Assembly (NCBI RefSeq): GCF_018350175.1
Contig: NC_058372.1
Coordinates: 30,876,001-30,940,000, forward strand
Direction: 5' to 3'
Source of the DNA: Felis catus
Taxonomy: Eukaryota
DNA length: 64,000 bases
The notes beneath the pieces were generated by a model. That model saw nothing but the letters and a program-made list of their open reading frames with translations. It had not been told where the DNA came from and ran no database searches. The translations under genes and the position numbers were made by a program. Positions 52,473 through 64,000 of the stretch are shown one piece after another (the first letter of the stretch is position 1; each line of letters opens with the position of its first letter).

Positions 52473-55400
52473 CTATTTTTGACCCTCGCCTCCCGCGTTT
52501 AAAGTTGTTACTTGGTGGGTTGGAGGATCCCAGGCGACTTGAGGGGATCCCCGCTCCGGGGACGGCGTAAGGCAAGGAGGCGGGATTGGAGTGTTGGAGC
52601 CGCAGGCTCTCAGGGTCACCCAATCGCAGGGCCAATCGTCGGCTGAGGCCCCACCCCCGCCCCCGGAAGCGGCCCCGGATCTTCCTGGCACTACAGCAGG
52701 GTTGGGCCGAGACCCGCGCATGCCTGGAGAAAACCTACGGCCTCCGGGGGACAGGCCGCCTCCTGCTCCTTTCGATGGGCTCTGGCAATGCGAATAGGCT
52801 CCACCCCCACGCGCGGCCCATTCTAATGACAAAGTCTGGGTTTGCAGACATGCTCCGCCCCCACGCGGACCAGCCCCAGCTGACAGCGTCCGGTTGCGCG
52901 GCAGAGCCCCGCCCCGACGCGGGGGCAAGCTTCCCGACGCGGTACGCGAGCGCGGGAAGGCTTCCGCCTCGCGGCCGGGCGTGGCTTTGTGACGCGCTTC
53001 CAGTGACCCCGCCCCCCCCAGTAGCGTCAGGAGATCCCAGTGGTTACGCTGGCGAGCGATGTCTCCGGGCGCTAGCCCGGCGTGGTCCCGCAGTCCTCGG
53101 GCCGCTCCTAGTCCCAGCAGCAGTTGAGCTACTTCCACCGCCCCTTCTCGGGCCGCCAGGAACAGCGGCGTCTGCTCCTGTACCGGAAGAAACAGCCAGA
53201 GGGCGAGATCAGGGAGGGCCACGCCCACAGGGCTGGCCCTTCCGGACTCCACTCTCTTGACGACTGGCCCCTCCCCATTCAGGTTGCGTGGCATTCCCGC
53301 TCTTTCTNNNNNNNNNNNNNNNNNNNNNNNNNNNNNNNNNNNNNNNNNNNNNNNNNNNNNNNNNNNNNNNNNNNNNNNNNNNNNNNNNNNNNNNNNNNNN
53401 NNNNNNNNNNNNNNNNNNNNNNNNNNNNNNNNNNNNNNNNNNNNNNNNNNNNNNNNNNNNNNNNNNNNNNNNNNNNNNNNNNNNNNNNNNNNNNNNNNNN
53501 NNNNNNNNNNNNNNNNNNNNNNNNNNNNGGTCTAACCCTGCCGTCCTGGGCATCTTTATCGGCTCCGGCCTGGAGAAGGGAGCGGGCGGCCCGGGCGTTG
53601 TTCACGGCGGCGGCCCAGTGCAGCGCGGTTTTTCCTAGGGGACGACATGGGAGGTTGTTACCCAGAGGCTGGGGACCAGACGCCTGGGTTCCTGTTTCCC
53701 ACGGATTCTGGTTTAGAGGGAAGGACTTACTCGGGCTGGCTGGGTTACTTCAAAGGCGGAAGCGTTGCCTGGGTGACCGCCGGTTGACCGGAAGCCTTGC
53801 TTCTAGTAACGTCACCGGCGCGCGGGAGGGACAATGGGGCATTGTTCTGGGCACGGTGGGACCGGGAGACCTCCCCCCACGAGACCCTTTTCCCTTCTCA
53901 CAGACACTTCTTCCCCAGCCTATTTTCCAGTGGATTAGGGCAGTGTGTGTATGTTGTTCAGGATGAAAGGGGAAGACGACGTTTTATACTGACACCACAC
54001 CGCAGGTTTACCACCCTGACAGCTAGGTGGGATGGAATCCCCCAGCCTCCAGTTGGTCCTTCAGCTGCTTCCTTTTTTTTTTTTTTTGCCTCTTACTCAC
54101 ACCCCATCTGTGCAACTTCTCCATAGCACAACTCCAACCTCTCCGGATTCATACCCCATTTATCTCTGGCCCCCACATCTGCTTGGGCTGCAATCAGTTC
54201 TTCAACCAGGTCCTCCACCGCCAGCCTAGCGGCCAGCATCAGGGCTGTGGTCCCGTCCTCTGTCCGCGCATCCACTGCAGTCTGTCTGCTGCGGAGCAGG
54301 AGCTGGGGGGGCCAAAGAGGGGCAGTGATCCCTGTTATGTTCTGGACTGCTAGCTCAGGTCCCTCACACTCTTAACCACCCCCAAACCCATATTCAGTTA
54401 TCTGTTGTTTTTCCTTTCAGATCCCCAATCTCGTATCACCTTCCTCTCTGCCAAACCCTAGGGGATGCTTTTGCCCAGGTTTACTTATGAGTTTACCCCC
54501 TGTTCCCTTTAGCGATCCCAGTGTGCACTGACCTGGCAAACCTCCCGAGCGTCAGCAGCCACAGCGGTGTGAAGAGGGGTGCGCCCTGCTCGGTCTGGCT
54601 GGTTGGGGTTGGCTCCAGCCTCAAGGAGACGGCGGGCAGCGGTTGGCCGGGAGAATCGGGCAGCCAGGTGCAGGGGTGTCTCCCCAGTACCCACAGTGTG
54701 AGCCTGGGGACAGGCCCCTCCACCCAACAGAGGTTCCCAGGGTTCAGGGCTTCCCAACCATGACCCCTGGAAGGTCCTGGACTCCACTCCCCCACAGCAA
54801 ACTGCTGACATCAGGGCTGTCACCCCATCTGTGGGTGAGAGACATGAGGGATGGGAGACAAGTCAATCAAAAGGACGTAACTGGGGTAGGAGGAGAACTT
54901 GGAGGTTAATGGAGAATCATAGCCTCAAGTGTCAGGAAGCCCAGCTCTGGCTCTTGACTTTATGTGGCTTTAGTCAAATGACTTTTCTACTTTTCTCTGT
55001 GCTTCAGTTTCCTCATCTATAAAAGGAGCCAGTAGGCATAATTCTTTAACATTGTAGGGCAGTGGTTCTCAAACTTGAGTCTGGATCAAACTTACCTGGA
55101 GGGCTGGTTAAAACACAGATTTCCCAATATCTTGAATTTCTGAGTCAATAGCTCTGGAGTGGAGCCTGAGAATTTGTATTTCTAACAATTTCCCTGGTGA
55201 AACTGATTCTTCTGTCTGGGGACCACACTTTGAGAACCACAATTCTAAGGCACTAACTCTAAGGTTAGTTTTTTCAGCTCGAATATCAAAAGGCTTTCTG
55301 ATTCTAGAAGAGTCAAAGGGAGTTTTCCTTTTCTTGATCTGGTTGTCTTACATACCAGGCCCACGGGTATCCACGTCAGGGACATCCATCTCAGATTCCT

Positions 55401-58400
55401 GGGGAGGAGTCAGCATGGCTGCCTGGGGGAGCTCCTGACAGTCACCCCTCAGAGGACAGAGCTGGCACTTGGAGGGTGAGGCCATTTCCTCAGCCTTGGG
55501 GATCAGAACAAGGATCAGTGAAGGAAAGTTGACTTGTCCCTTTAACTCCACCATCACCTCAGGACCATTTCTGTCCCAGTGGTTTCACCTGGCCCACCTC
55601 TTCGCCTTCTTTGGTGCCTGAGCACATCACAACTCCATCCTCATCAACTTCTGCCTCTGGCTTCAGTGCCCTGGAAGGGGGTGTGTGGGTAGGGGACTTT
55701 CAGGGTCCCCAGGATTTCCAGCAGCCTTCCTTCCCCCCTCCCCTTCCTCTGTCATCAACTTCTGATCATCAATCTCCACAGGAAAGAGTCTTTCCCAGAG
55801 CCTGGGTTCATCCTCACTCTTACTTGAGGCCGATGCTATCTTCACCCAGGGGAGGCCGGCGTCTGCGGGGAGTGGGCTGAGTTCGAGGCCTTCGAATGAA
55901 CCCAGGGGGCAGCCAGAGGGCCCCATGCTCACGGCGCCGCCGCCGGATGAGCTGAAGGACGAGAAGAGCCCCAAGGGCCAGGAGGAGCACCCCAGCCACT
56001 GGTGAGCACAGCACAGGCCAGGGAAGCTGGTTGGTTGGTGGTGCTGGTGGGAGAGACACAGTCACAAAAAGAGACCATTTCTGGTGAGGCTGAGTACTAC
56101 TGTGAGACCTTCAGGCAAGTGCAGTAACTTCTTTTTGTTTCAGTTTCCCCATCTGTAAAGTGGGAACAATAATTGTACCTGCCTCGTGGCATTGTTGGAA
56201 GGATTAAATGAGTTAATGTTATAAAGCGCTTAGAGCAAGGTCTGGCACCTCATAAGTGCTATAGGAGTTTTTTCATGTAGTGTGAGCTGTTTGGCAGAGG
56301 GATGATTGGACTTAGTAGACAGGATAGACCAGAACCCAAGGTTTGTGGGAGGTCTATGGTAAAGGCTAGGATAAAGTACTTCGGGAAATAAGGGAGGAGA
56401 CTGGAGAGCAAATGGGTCATGAGGAGATCCAATTAGAGAATGAGAGGTTCATGAGGGTAAAGTCTCCACACAGAACATTTGGGGTCCCTGCAATCCCATG
56501 TCATTTGGCCTCCATTGCTCGTTGCTGGCATGAAAGGGGGTCTGGGAGCAAAGTCAGCGGAAATGACGGGGTCACCTACCGGTGCCAGCACGAGGATGGG
56601 CAGCCAGCAGTGGTCCTGGCAGTAGGTGCTCCAGGGCCCCCACTGCAGCCATTGCAGCAAGGAAGCGGAGCAAGAGCCCAGGGTCCCAGGGACAGCGGGA
56701 TGCAGGGTGGTCAGGGCCACAGCGGGACAAATCCACACCCATCACTACCACAAACCTGTGGGGGAGGCGCCTTAGAGTCCTGTGTGTTGCTTGCTGGCTC
56801 CCTTCCCTCCACCCATTAAAACACTAGTGTCTGTCCCATCCTCCTGCCCGGCCTTCTTACCCAGTGCTGAGAGAGTCTGTTTCCTTGCCCCCAGGCTGTG
56901 TTTGAGGGGCTGCTCTCTCCTGATGAGAGGGATCCAGGGTTCCTACTAGCTCCTCTTCGGCCTGGGCCCCAGGATAGGGGTACACCATGTCCTTGCCATC
57001 ACTGTCCTTCCTTACCCAGAGCCCCACTCTCAGAGTCAGGGATAGCACCCGGGCCAGGGCAAGCAGCTGCTGGTCCAGGGCTGGGGGGCTCAGCACCACC
57101 AGCAGGGCCAGGGAGGGCCCCCATTCTGAATCTCCATCTTTGGGCCTGCAGTCACCCCCATCCCAGCCACATTCTGCAGTGTTGCAGCCTTTCTCGCAGT
57201 GCTCGTTGTGGAAGTGATCACGGCAGTACTGGTCATAGGCTGGACTGTGGGGTGAGGAGAGAGGGACTCAGGATCCCCAAAGAAACTTGACCCCCTTCTT
57301 CATTCCAGAGAGATGCCTGATATTCCACTGCCTCTAGGGCACAGGTTGCTAAGTGGATACAGCTCCAGAGCAATGGGCTTAGTCAGGCCCTGGGTGGTAG
57401 GTAGTTGAGACACTCTAATGTCTATGACACCCTTGTTTCCTAAGACTGTCCCTTCTCCCTACCCTCCCAAGCTCTCCTGTCTCCCTGAAGGAGAGTCCAA
57501 AGACCTTTTCCCTCAGGGGTGCTGGTTGTTAGGGGAGATACTCCATGGCAACAGGTCTTAGAGAGGCTTGAGGCCAGAGCTCTCACAACTCTTAGGAGCC
57601 CAGACAGAGGCAGTGCCCTCCTTCCTGGTCCCCATGTTAAATATTGATGCTGCCCTATTCCCCTGGGCTGGAGCCTAGTGTCTTCCACCCCTACTTGGCA
57701 ATGGTTATCAAGGGTGGAAACTGCCTGGAGCCTGAGGCTGTGGTCACACTGTAACTTAGAGGCCTCCCCACCCCCAACCTGAAGTCAGGGTTTTAGGCTC
57801 ACGTGCAGGCTGGAGGAGTCTCACAGTCGTAGCCATCGAACAGACACTCTGCAGAGTCACACTGTGGGTGGCACTGTCCATCCCGGAAGAGAAGCCAACA
57901 CCGGGAGTGGGAAGGACAGCCCTTCCAGGGGTCCGGAACCCCTAGGGAGCAGTCTCCCCCATCCCAATTTCCTCCAGGGCCGCTGCAGCCAGCATCACAG
58001 GCCCCATCTCCACCTCTGCCCTCACATCCCTTTGCTCCAGGCCTCTGACACCGGGGCCCTGGAGAGCTGGGAGGGCAGGAGCATCGGAAGGCTGGGGACC
58101 CCAGCCCAGGGATCTCTGAGCAACTGCCATTGTGTAGGCATGGAGAAGGAGGGCCACAGCCATGAGGAGCAGGTGGGGTCAGGCAGTCAGGGCCCCCGTA
58201 GCCATTGAGGCAGGCACAGCGGGGTGGGAAGCCAGGCTTGGGGGAGGGCAGACACAGGCCACCATGGTGGCAGTGGTGGTGGCCACAGGAGGGGGCTCTG
58301 TGGTTGCAGGTAGGGCCCTCAAAACCCTGTGGAGAGGAGAGAGATGTTGGGGAAGGCCCTTGTATTATTCTTCCCACTCCCCCCCAAGCAAACTCTCGGG

Positions 58401-61400
58401 TTAAGATAACACAGATGGCCCTAGAATCTCATATCTGGAAGGGGCCTCAGAGAACATCAGGTTTATATCAAGTCATTTTATAGATGTTGAAACCATAGCC
58501 CATGGTTTTTTCACATAATGACATATTACACAGTGAAAACGGACGAACCACCGCTGTGTGCAACAACCTGGAAGACTAAACACTTAATAGAGTGGTATTA
58601 AATGAATATTATCTTAATCCTTGGACATAGGGTGGTAAACTCTCTTTCTCTGGAAGGGGAAGAGGATAGAGGAAGATATAAGTACGTGTGAGTCATCGTT
58701 ACTGTTGTAATTCTTAGGTTAGGTTCCTGGGTATTATGTTGTAAGAATAATAAAAAGAAGGCCATGCACAAACCAATGATGATAGTGTATCATGAACAAA
58801 GGCTTATGATTAACCTGATTTCATGCATCTGAGGTCCACACGTGCACGCGCGCGCGCACACACACACACACACGTAAAAGAACTTACCCAAGGTCGCCCA
58901 GCTTGACTCTGGGGCCTTACCTTGGGCAGTGCCAATGATTTCTAAAAATCCATTCATGCTAACACCTGATCCTGCCTGCCCCCCTGAACTGCTTCTGAGA
59001 GCCACTCATCGCCATTCACATGGGCTGGTTCTCGTCAATAATTCCCACTCCAGTGCTCCCTAGACTCCCCTCTAGGATCCCACTCAGGCATTCTCACCTG
59101 GCACCAGTGTTGGGGGAAACAGAGAAGACTGCTTTGTGGTTACTTACCTGGAGGCAGTGGCAGGTGAAACCCAGGGGTGGTCCTGCTGTTGTCTCACAAG
59201 ACCCTCCGTTGGAGCAGGGCTGGCTCTGGCAAGGGTCTGTCTCCACTTCACACCACTGGCCTGTGGTGGGTGGGGTTAGATGTCATACGCTACTTCAGTC
59301 ATTGCCCCCTTCCTAGCTCATTACTGGGAATTGACCCAGTACTACCTGCACAGGAAGGGATCCTGGGGCATATTCCCTGGGGTGGGGAGGCAGGGGGATG
59401 GACATGATGACTAGGCTGCCTTGTGGGTGGGGGTTGTCAACTCAGCTGTGCCACAGAGATGCCTGCACACACCCTCCCAGGCCTCACCCGTGTATCCAGG
59501 CAGACATTGGCAGTAGAAGGCATTGGCCAGAGAGTGGCAGGCTGCAGTGCCTGGGGGGTGGCAGGGCTGATCCAGACACTCATCTACGTCCCCTTCACAG
59601 CGCAGCCCCACAAAACCTGGAGGGCAGGTGCAGTAGAAGCCTCCAGGTTTGGGGGTGCAGGTCCCATGGTTGTGACAGGGCTGGGATTGACAAGCGTTGG
59701 ATTCCTTTGAGCAGTTCTGTCCATTGTAGCCTGGGGCACACTGCCGGCAAAGAGGGTCAGACGGAACCAATAATCCAGCCCATCTCAACAGTACAGGGGA
59801 GCCAGCTCAAGACAGTCTGCCCAATCCCTTCCCTACCTTCCAGTTCAGAGTATCACTCAACTGATCATCCATCACAGCCCTGTGTAGCTTCACCCTTGTA
59901 TCTCAACTCCATGCTATACCCTTGTTCAATAGTGGGCAATTTAACTGCTCCAGCAGTCCCAAACCATCTTATGATACAATGCTATTAGACATAGTTCTGT
60001 TTTTGGTAAGACCTCCCTCCCTCAATCACACGCCTCACCCCCAGGCTCTGTCATGCTTTCTTAATTAATTTGTAAGTGTTTATTGAATGCCTGCTTCGTG
60101 CCAGGCACTGTTGTAGGCACTAGGAACATGAAGAAAATTAGAACTCATCCCTGCTTCCATGACGTTCTCAGTAAACCAGAGAGACAGCTAGCATTTATTG
60201 CATGATTTCTATACATAAGCTCATAAAACCCTCCCAACAAACTTGTATGTGAATTATCTCATTTGATTCTCACTTTACAGAAAAGGCAAATGATTCCTGG
60301 AAAGACTGCATGACTCGGCTAGCAGGTGGCAGAGCTGGGATTCAGTGCAAGTCTGTGACTTCATAACCAGTACCCTTAGCCATTTTCCAATTGTTTACCT
60401 TTCTGCTAGTGGGAGAAGGGTCATCGCTGAGGTCTGTACCATGTGCTGAGTTCTTGCAAGAGGAAGGAGAGCATGCAAGAATGCAGTACCAGGCTTCAGA
60501 AAGGTGGAGCAAAAGGGAATTACAGAGAGTGTGAGGAGTGGCTGGAGGGCTGGGAGAAGCGGGTAAGGGGGTATCTTGGAGATATCGGAGGGAAGGAGTC
60601 TCAGGAAAGGGGAGGTAAAGCTGAGTGTTGGGTGAAGGGGTGTTTGCTACTAATTAGTACATTGCTTTTGTGTGTTTGAAAATGGTCATAATAAAAAGTT
60701 AAAGAATAAAATTAAAAAGTTAAAGAGGATGGTTGGGGAATTTGCATCACACCTTTTATCCAAAGTCAGCCTTCTGAGTACAGGCATCAGGCTGCTTGGA
60801 CTTGAATCCCAGCTTTGCCTCTTCTGCTCAGTGATCTGAACCACGAGGGAGAGGCCCAAACCCAGTCTGGAGAGAAGTTAGGGACATTTCCCTGAGGAAG
60901 GCACCTGTTGAGCACCGTCCAGTGGAAGTGGGTGGGGAAGGACACTGGAGAGCCAGTATAAGGGGTGTGTAGGGAAGCCAACAGCAGCTGGAGCAGAGAG
61001 TAGGAGGGCGGGGGTGTGGGGACATGAGACCTAAGAAGCAGGCAAGGCTGGGTCACGCTGGCCTTAGATTTCACTATCAAAGAACCACAGTGGGGCGCCT
61101 GGGTGGCTCAGTCAGTTGGGCGTCCGACTTAGGCTCAGGTCATGATCTCGCGGTCTGTGAGTTCTAGACCCGTGTCGGGCTCTGTGCTGACAGCTCAGAG
61201 CCTGGAGCCTGCTTTGGATTCTGTGTCTCCCTTGCTCTCTGCCCCTCCCCCGCTCATGCTCTGTCTCTCTCTGTCAAAAATAAATAAACATTAAAAGAAT
61301 TTTTTTTTTTTTTTTTCAAAAGAGGTGGGCAGCCACTGAAGGGTTTTAAGCAGGGGAGTGTCAGGTCAGCTTAACGTTTTCAACAGAGCACCCTGGTAGT

Positions 61401-63986
61401 GGAGTAAAGGTTGAGCCTATAGGTGGACAAGTGGGGAGGCAGGGACAATAGGATGGTGCTCCATGTGTGGAGGACGGTGGAAGGCAGCAAAGGCCTAGAC
61501 TGAGGCAGTGGGACAAAGGGTGAAGGAGGAAGGACAGAACTGAGAAAGATTTAGGAGGCAAAATGGCATGACTTGGTGGTTGGTTGGGTATGTGGGTAAA
61601 GGAAAGGGAAATGAATACATCACTACACGCCCCCTCAACTGCTTTTCCCACATCCACCCACGCTTGTCTCCCCTACTGCTATCCTCTAGACCGGCTTACC
61701 TGGCAGAGATACCCAGTGGGCTGGGCCATGCATGTGGCCCCATGCTGGCAGGGCCTGGACTCACATGGGTTCACCCTGTCCTGACATACGCTGCCTTGGA
61801 ATCCAGGGGGGCAGTGGCAGAAATAGGAGGAGCCACTGTCGATGCAGAGACCTCCATTCTGGCACAGGGAAGAAACTTCTGTGCCTGAGAAGAAAGGCAA
61901 ACAGGGATAGACAAAGCTAAGTTAGGTTCTCAGGGGCCCCAGACACAGAGCAGAGAGGCTCATGGGGATCACTGACATTCCTGGGGTGGGTGGAGGCCAC
62001 TTGGAGCCTGAGGAGTCAATAAATTCTGGTGCTGAAGAGATTAAGACATCAAGATCCCCCTCCTGCCTGTTCTGCCAGAATGGAGAGAGATACCTCTTGT
62101 TAAACTTATTAGAGCGTTATAAGCAACTGTATTCTTGGCTTAAAACAAATGTCAAGGAAGAAAGAACTCAGCGGAAACTTTAGGTGCCTAAGTCTGTCCC
62201 CTGAATTGGCATCCTGTGATGTTCTCTCACTGTGATTCCCATCCCCTAACCCCACAGTAGTCTCTTTCCTGAGTTCTGCTCATATTAAACCTCATTGGAA
62301 TGAGGGGGGGTATTCTTTCACAAGGGGGTTGGCATAACATGAAAATGATTGGGAGCAGCAGTTGAGTGAAGTTGGGTTAAGTGTGATCCATTCTAGCTGA
62401 GTTATGATGATAGTGACAGAGTTGAGTTGCTTCACATGGAGTTATGTCTCAGTGGTTGTGATAAACTGGAGTCTTGTTGTCTGGGTTGGTTGGTGTTGCT
62501 TGAGTTGCTTTGAGCATGGTGATAGGAGGGCTGAGCTATAGAATCAGCAGTAGTGGTTGGTCTGTGTTACTTTGACTCTTAGTTGGTTGTTTTGGTCAAA
62601 GGTTGTATGTGGATGCCCTTAGGGATCGGGTAGAGAGGGACACCCTTTCTCTCTTCATCTGTTCCCCAGTTGGTCCTTGGGTTAGTACCTTGGCTCAAAG
62701 CGGCCTTCTGGCAGGAGGACAGCGGAAGGTTGCAGAGAGGCCCGGTCCATCCCTGGAGGCACAGGCACTGGAAGGAGGGCCCAGTCTGGAGGCAGTGGGA
62801 ATTGTGTGGACAGGGCTTCTGGGCACAGATGTCCACCAGAGTCTGAGGTTTAGGAGAGAGCATGGGACAAGACTGAGTGTCATGTGTTCAGGCCCAGAGA
62901 TGGTCTTCTGCCAGCTGCTCAAAATCCTTACCTGTCAAGCTCTCTCCTGAATGGTCTGGGGCCAGGTGATAGCCTCCCTCCCCCACCCCCACATCTCAGA
63001 ACAGTTCCTGGGATCAGAAATCCTTTCCTTACCCCTACTCCATGCAAACCTCAAGCTAGAGCTCAACTCCCAGATTCCACACCCCCTTTCATGTGGTTAC
63101 CTTCCCAAGCTCCCTGCTCTTCTAGTCCCTGAGACCCTCCCACTAGAGCCCATCAGCCACCGCCCTCCTCAGCACACTTGGCTCAGCACCCCTCACCTGG
63201 CAGCTGTCTCCTGTGTAGCCAGGGGGGCAGAGGCAGTGGGGACCCTGAGGACCATCTTGGCAGGTTGCCCTGTTCCTACAGGGGCTGGACAGGACAGAGA
63301 CAAGGCATGGTGGGAGGCAGTCCCGGCAACCAAAGGGGAGGGAGTGTGTGACGCGGTGATGAGATAGGAAACCAGAAAGGGAGTCATAGTGAAAGGATGT
63401 GGGATGTGGATTCAAGGCAGCCTGGAGTCCCAGAGGAGATGGACAGGAAGGGTGGGAAGGCTGAGGGGCCCCTTCCCTTCCTCTAGGGGTCTTTGCTCAC
63501 TTGTCTGCACAGCTAGGACGGGTCCTTCCCTCACAGCGTGGGCCTTGGAAGCCCGTAGCACAGAGGCAGGAGGAGGTGCCAGGCCTGTTCACACAGGTAG
63601 CCCCATTGAGGCACGGGGCTGGAGAGAGGAGGCTGTGAGGGGTTGGGTCCTTACCCATACTTGGCCTGTGACCTTAGTCACACCCCGCACAGGACATACA
63701 CAGCACTCCCTGCTACCCCCATCAAAACTGCAGCTCGTGGTGGCCAGTTGATTTTTATCAGATGGCACCAACACACCCTGACCAGTTCCTCCATCCACCT
63801 GTGGCCCAGCCCCAGAACATGGTAGGTACTCACCAGAGGCACAGTGGTCAGTGCTTGTCTGGCAGCGGGGCCCAGTGTGGCTCCGAGGGCAGGTGCAGGA
63901 ATAGCCCCCAGGGCTGGGGCTACAGGAGCCACCGTTGAGACAGGGCCCTGAGTGACAAGCCGTTAGCTCCTCGCTGCAGGTGGGGC
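52473..63986 (-). CDS. NOTCH4: Notch receptor 4, 3' portion (about exons 14-30); gene continues beyond the window
   Basis: Exons 63834-63986, 63501-63618, 63197-63284, 62689-62842, 61700-61884, 59488-59740, 59148-59260, 57803-58326, 56861-57244, 56580-56755, 55824-56043, 55589-55670, 55356-55494, 54533-54828, 54155-54302, 53537-53634, 52473-53177. EGF repeats, LNR repeats, TM, RAM motif LWLP, ankyrin repeats, C-terminal LTPSPE. Confidence 0.97.
55059..55242. mobile_element. MER5A MITE next to a MIR, NOTCH4 intron
   Basis: Terminal inverted repeats cagtggttctcaaact / tttgagaaccac. Confidence 0.8.
56095..56265. mobile_element. MIR
   Basis: Core cagtttccccatctgtaaagtgggaacaataat...gattaaatgagttaat. 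Confidence 0.8.
61092..61300 (+). mobile_element. CAN-SINE, NOTCH4 intron
   Basis: ggggcgcctgggtggctcagtcagtt head, CT-rich body, aaaaataaataaacatt tail. Confidence 0.95.
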
Positions 63987-64000
63987 CTGAGGGAAATGAG

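Noticed and set aside
52586-53260. 224-aa plus-strand ORF
   Set aside because: Antisense shadow of the GC-rich NOTCH4 last exon; non-ATG start and no independent signals.
55641-55764. 13-nt direct repeat tcatcaacttctg in a NOTCH4 exon and adjacent intron
   Set aside because: Too short to support an exon duplication, and no splice signals around the copy.

Overview
Mammalian genomic DNA from the MHC class III region, at its NOTCH4 end. Carnivore CAN-SINEs of the felid type suggest a cat-family genome (inference). Gene order is PRRT1(-), PPT2(+), EGFL8(+), AGPAT1(-), RNF5(+), AGER(-), PBX2(-), GPSM3(-) and the 3' part of NOTCH4(-, about exons 14-30). I resolved exon boundaries by hand from GT-AG sites and reading phase, and all visible exons splice into intact frames. 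Ten N-blocks of 132-221 nt hide parts of AGPAT1, RNF5 exon 1 and PBX2 exon 1. The first ~10.5 kb is repeat-rich intergenic DNA (SINE, L1, L2, MLT1, MER5). This is a well-known conserved locus and I found no convincing new multi-gene system. The best leads are: a 241-codon antisense ORF with Kozak start and its own poly(A) signal, divergent from PPT2; a predicted in-frame AGER isoform lacking the transmembrane exon but keeping the cytoplasmic tail; a C-terminally extended EGFL8; altered AKT/14-3-3-type motifs in NOTCH4; and 13 CCAAT boxes in the AGPAT1/RNF5 promoter. Comparisons with human proteins are from memory and need alignment to confirm.
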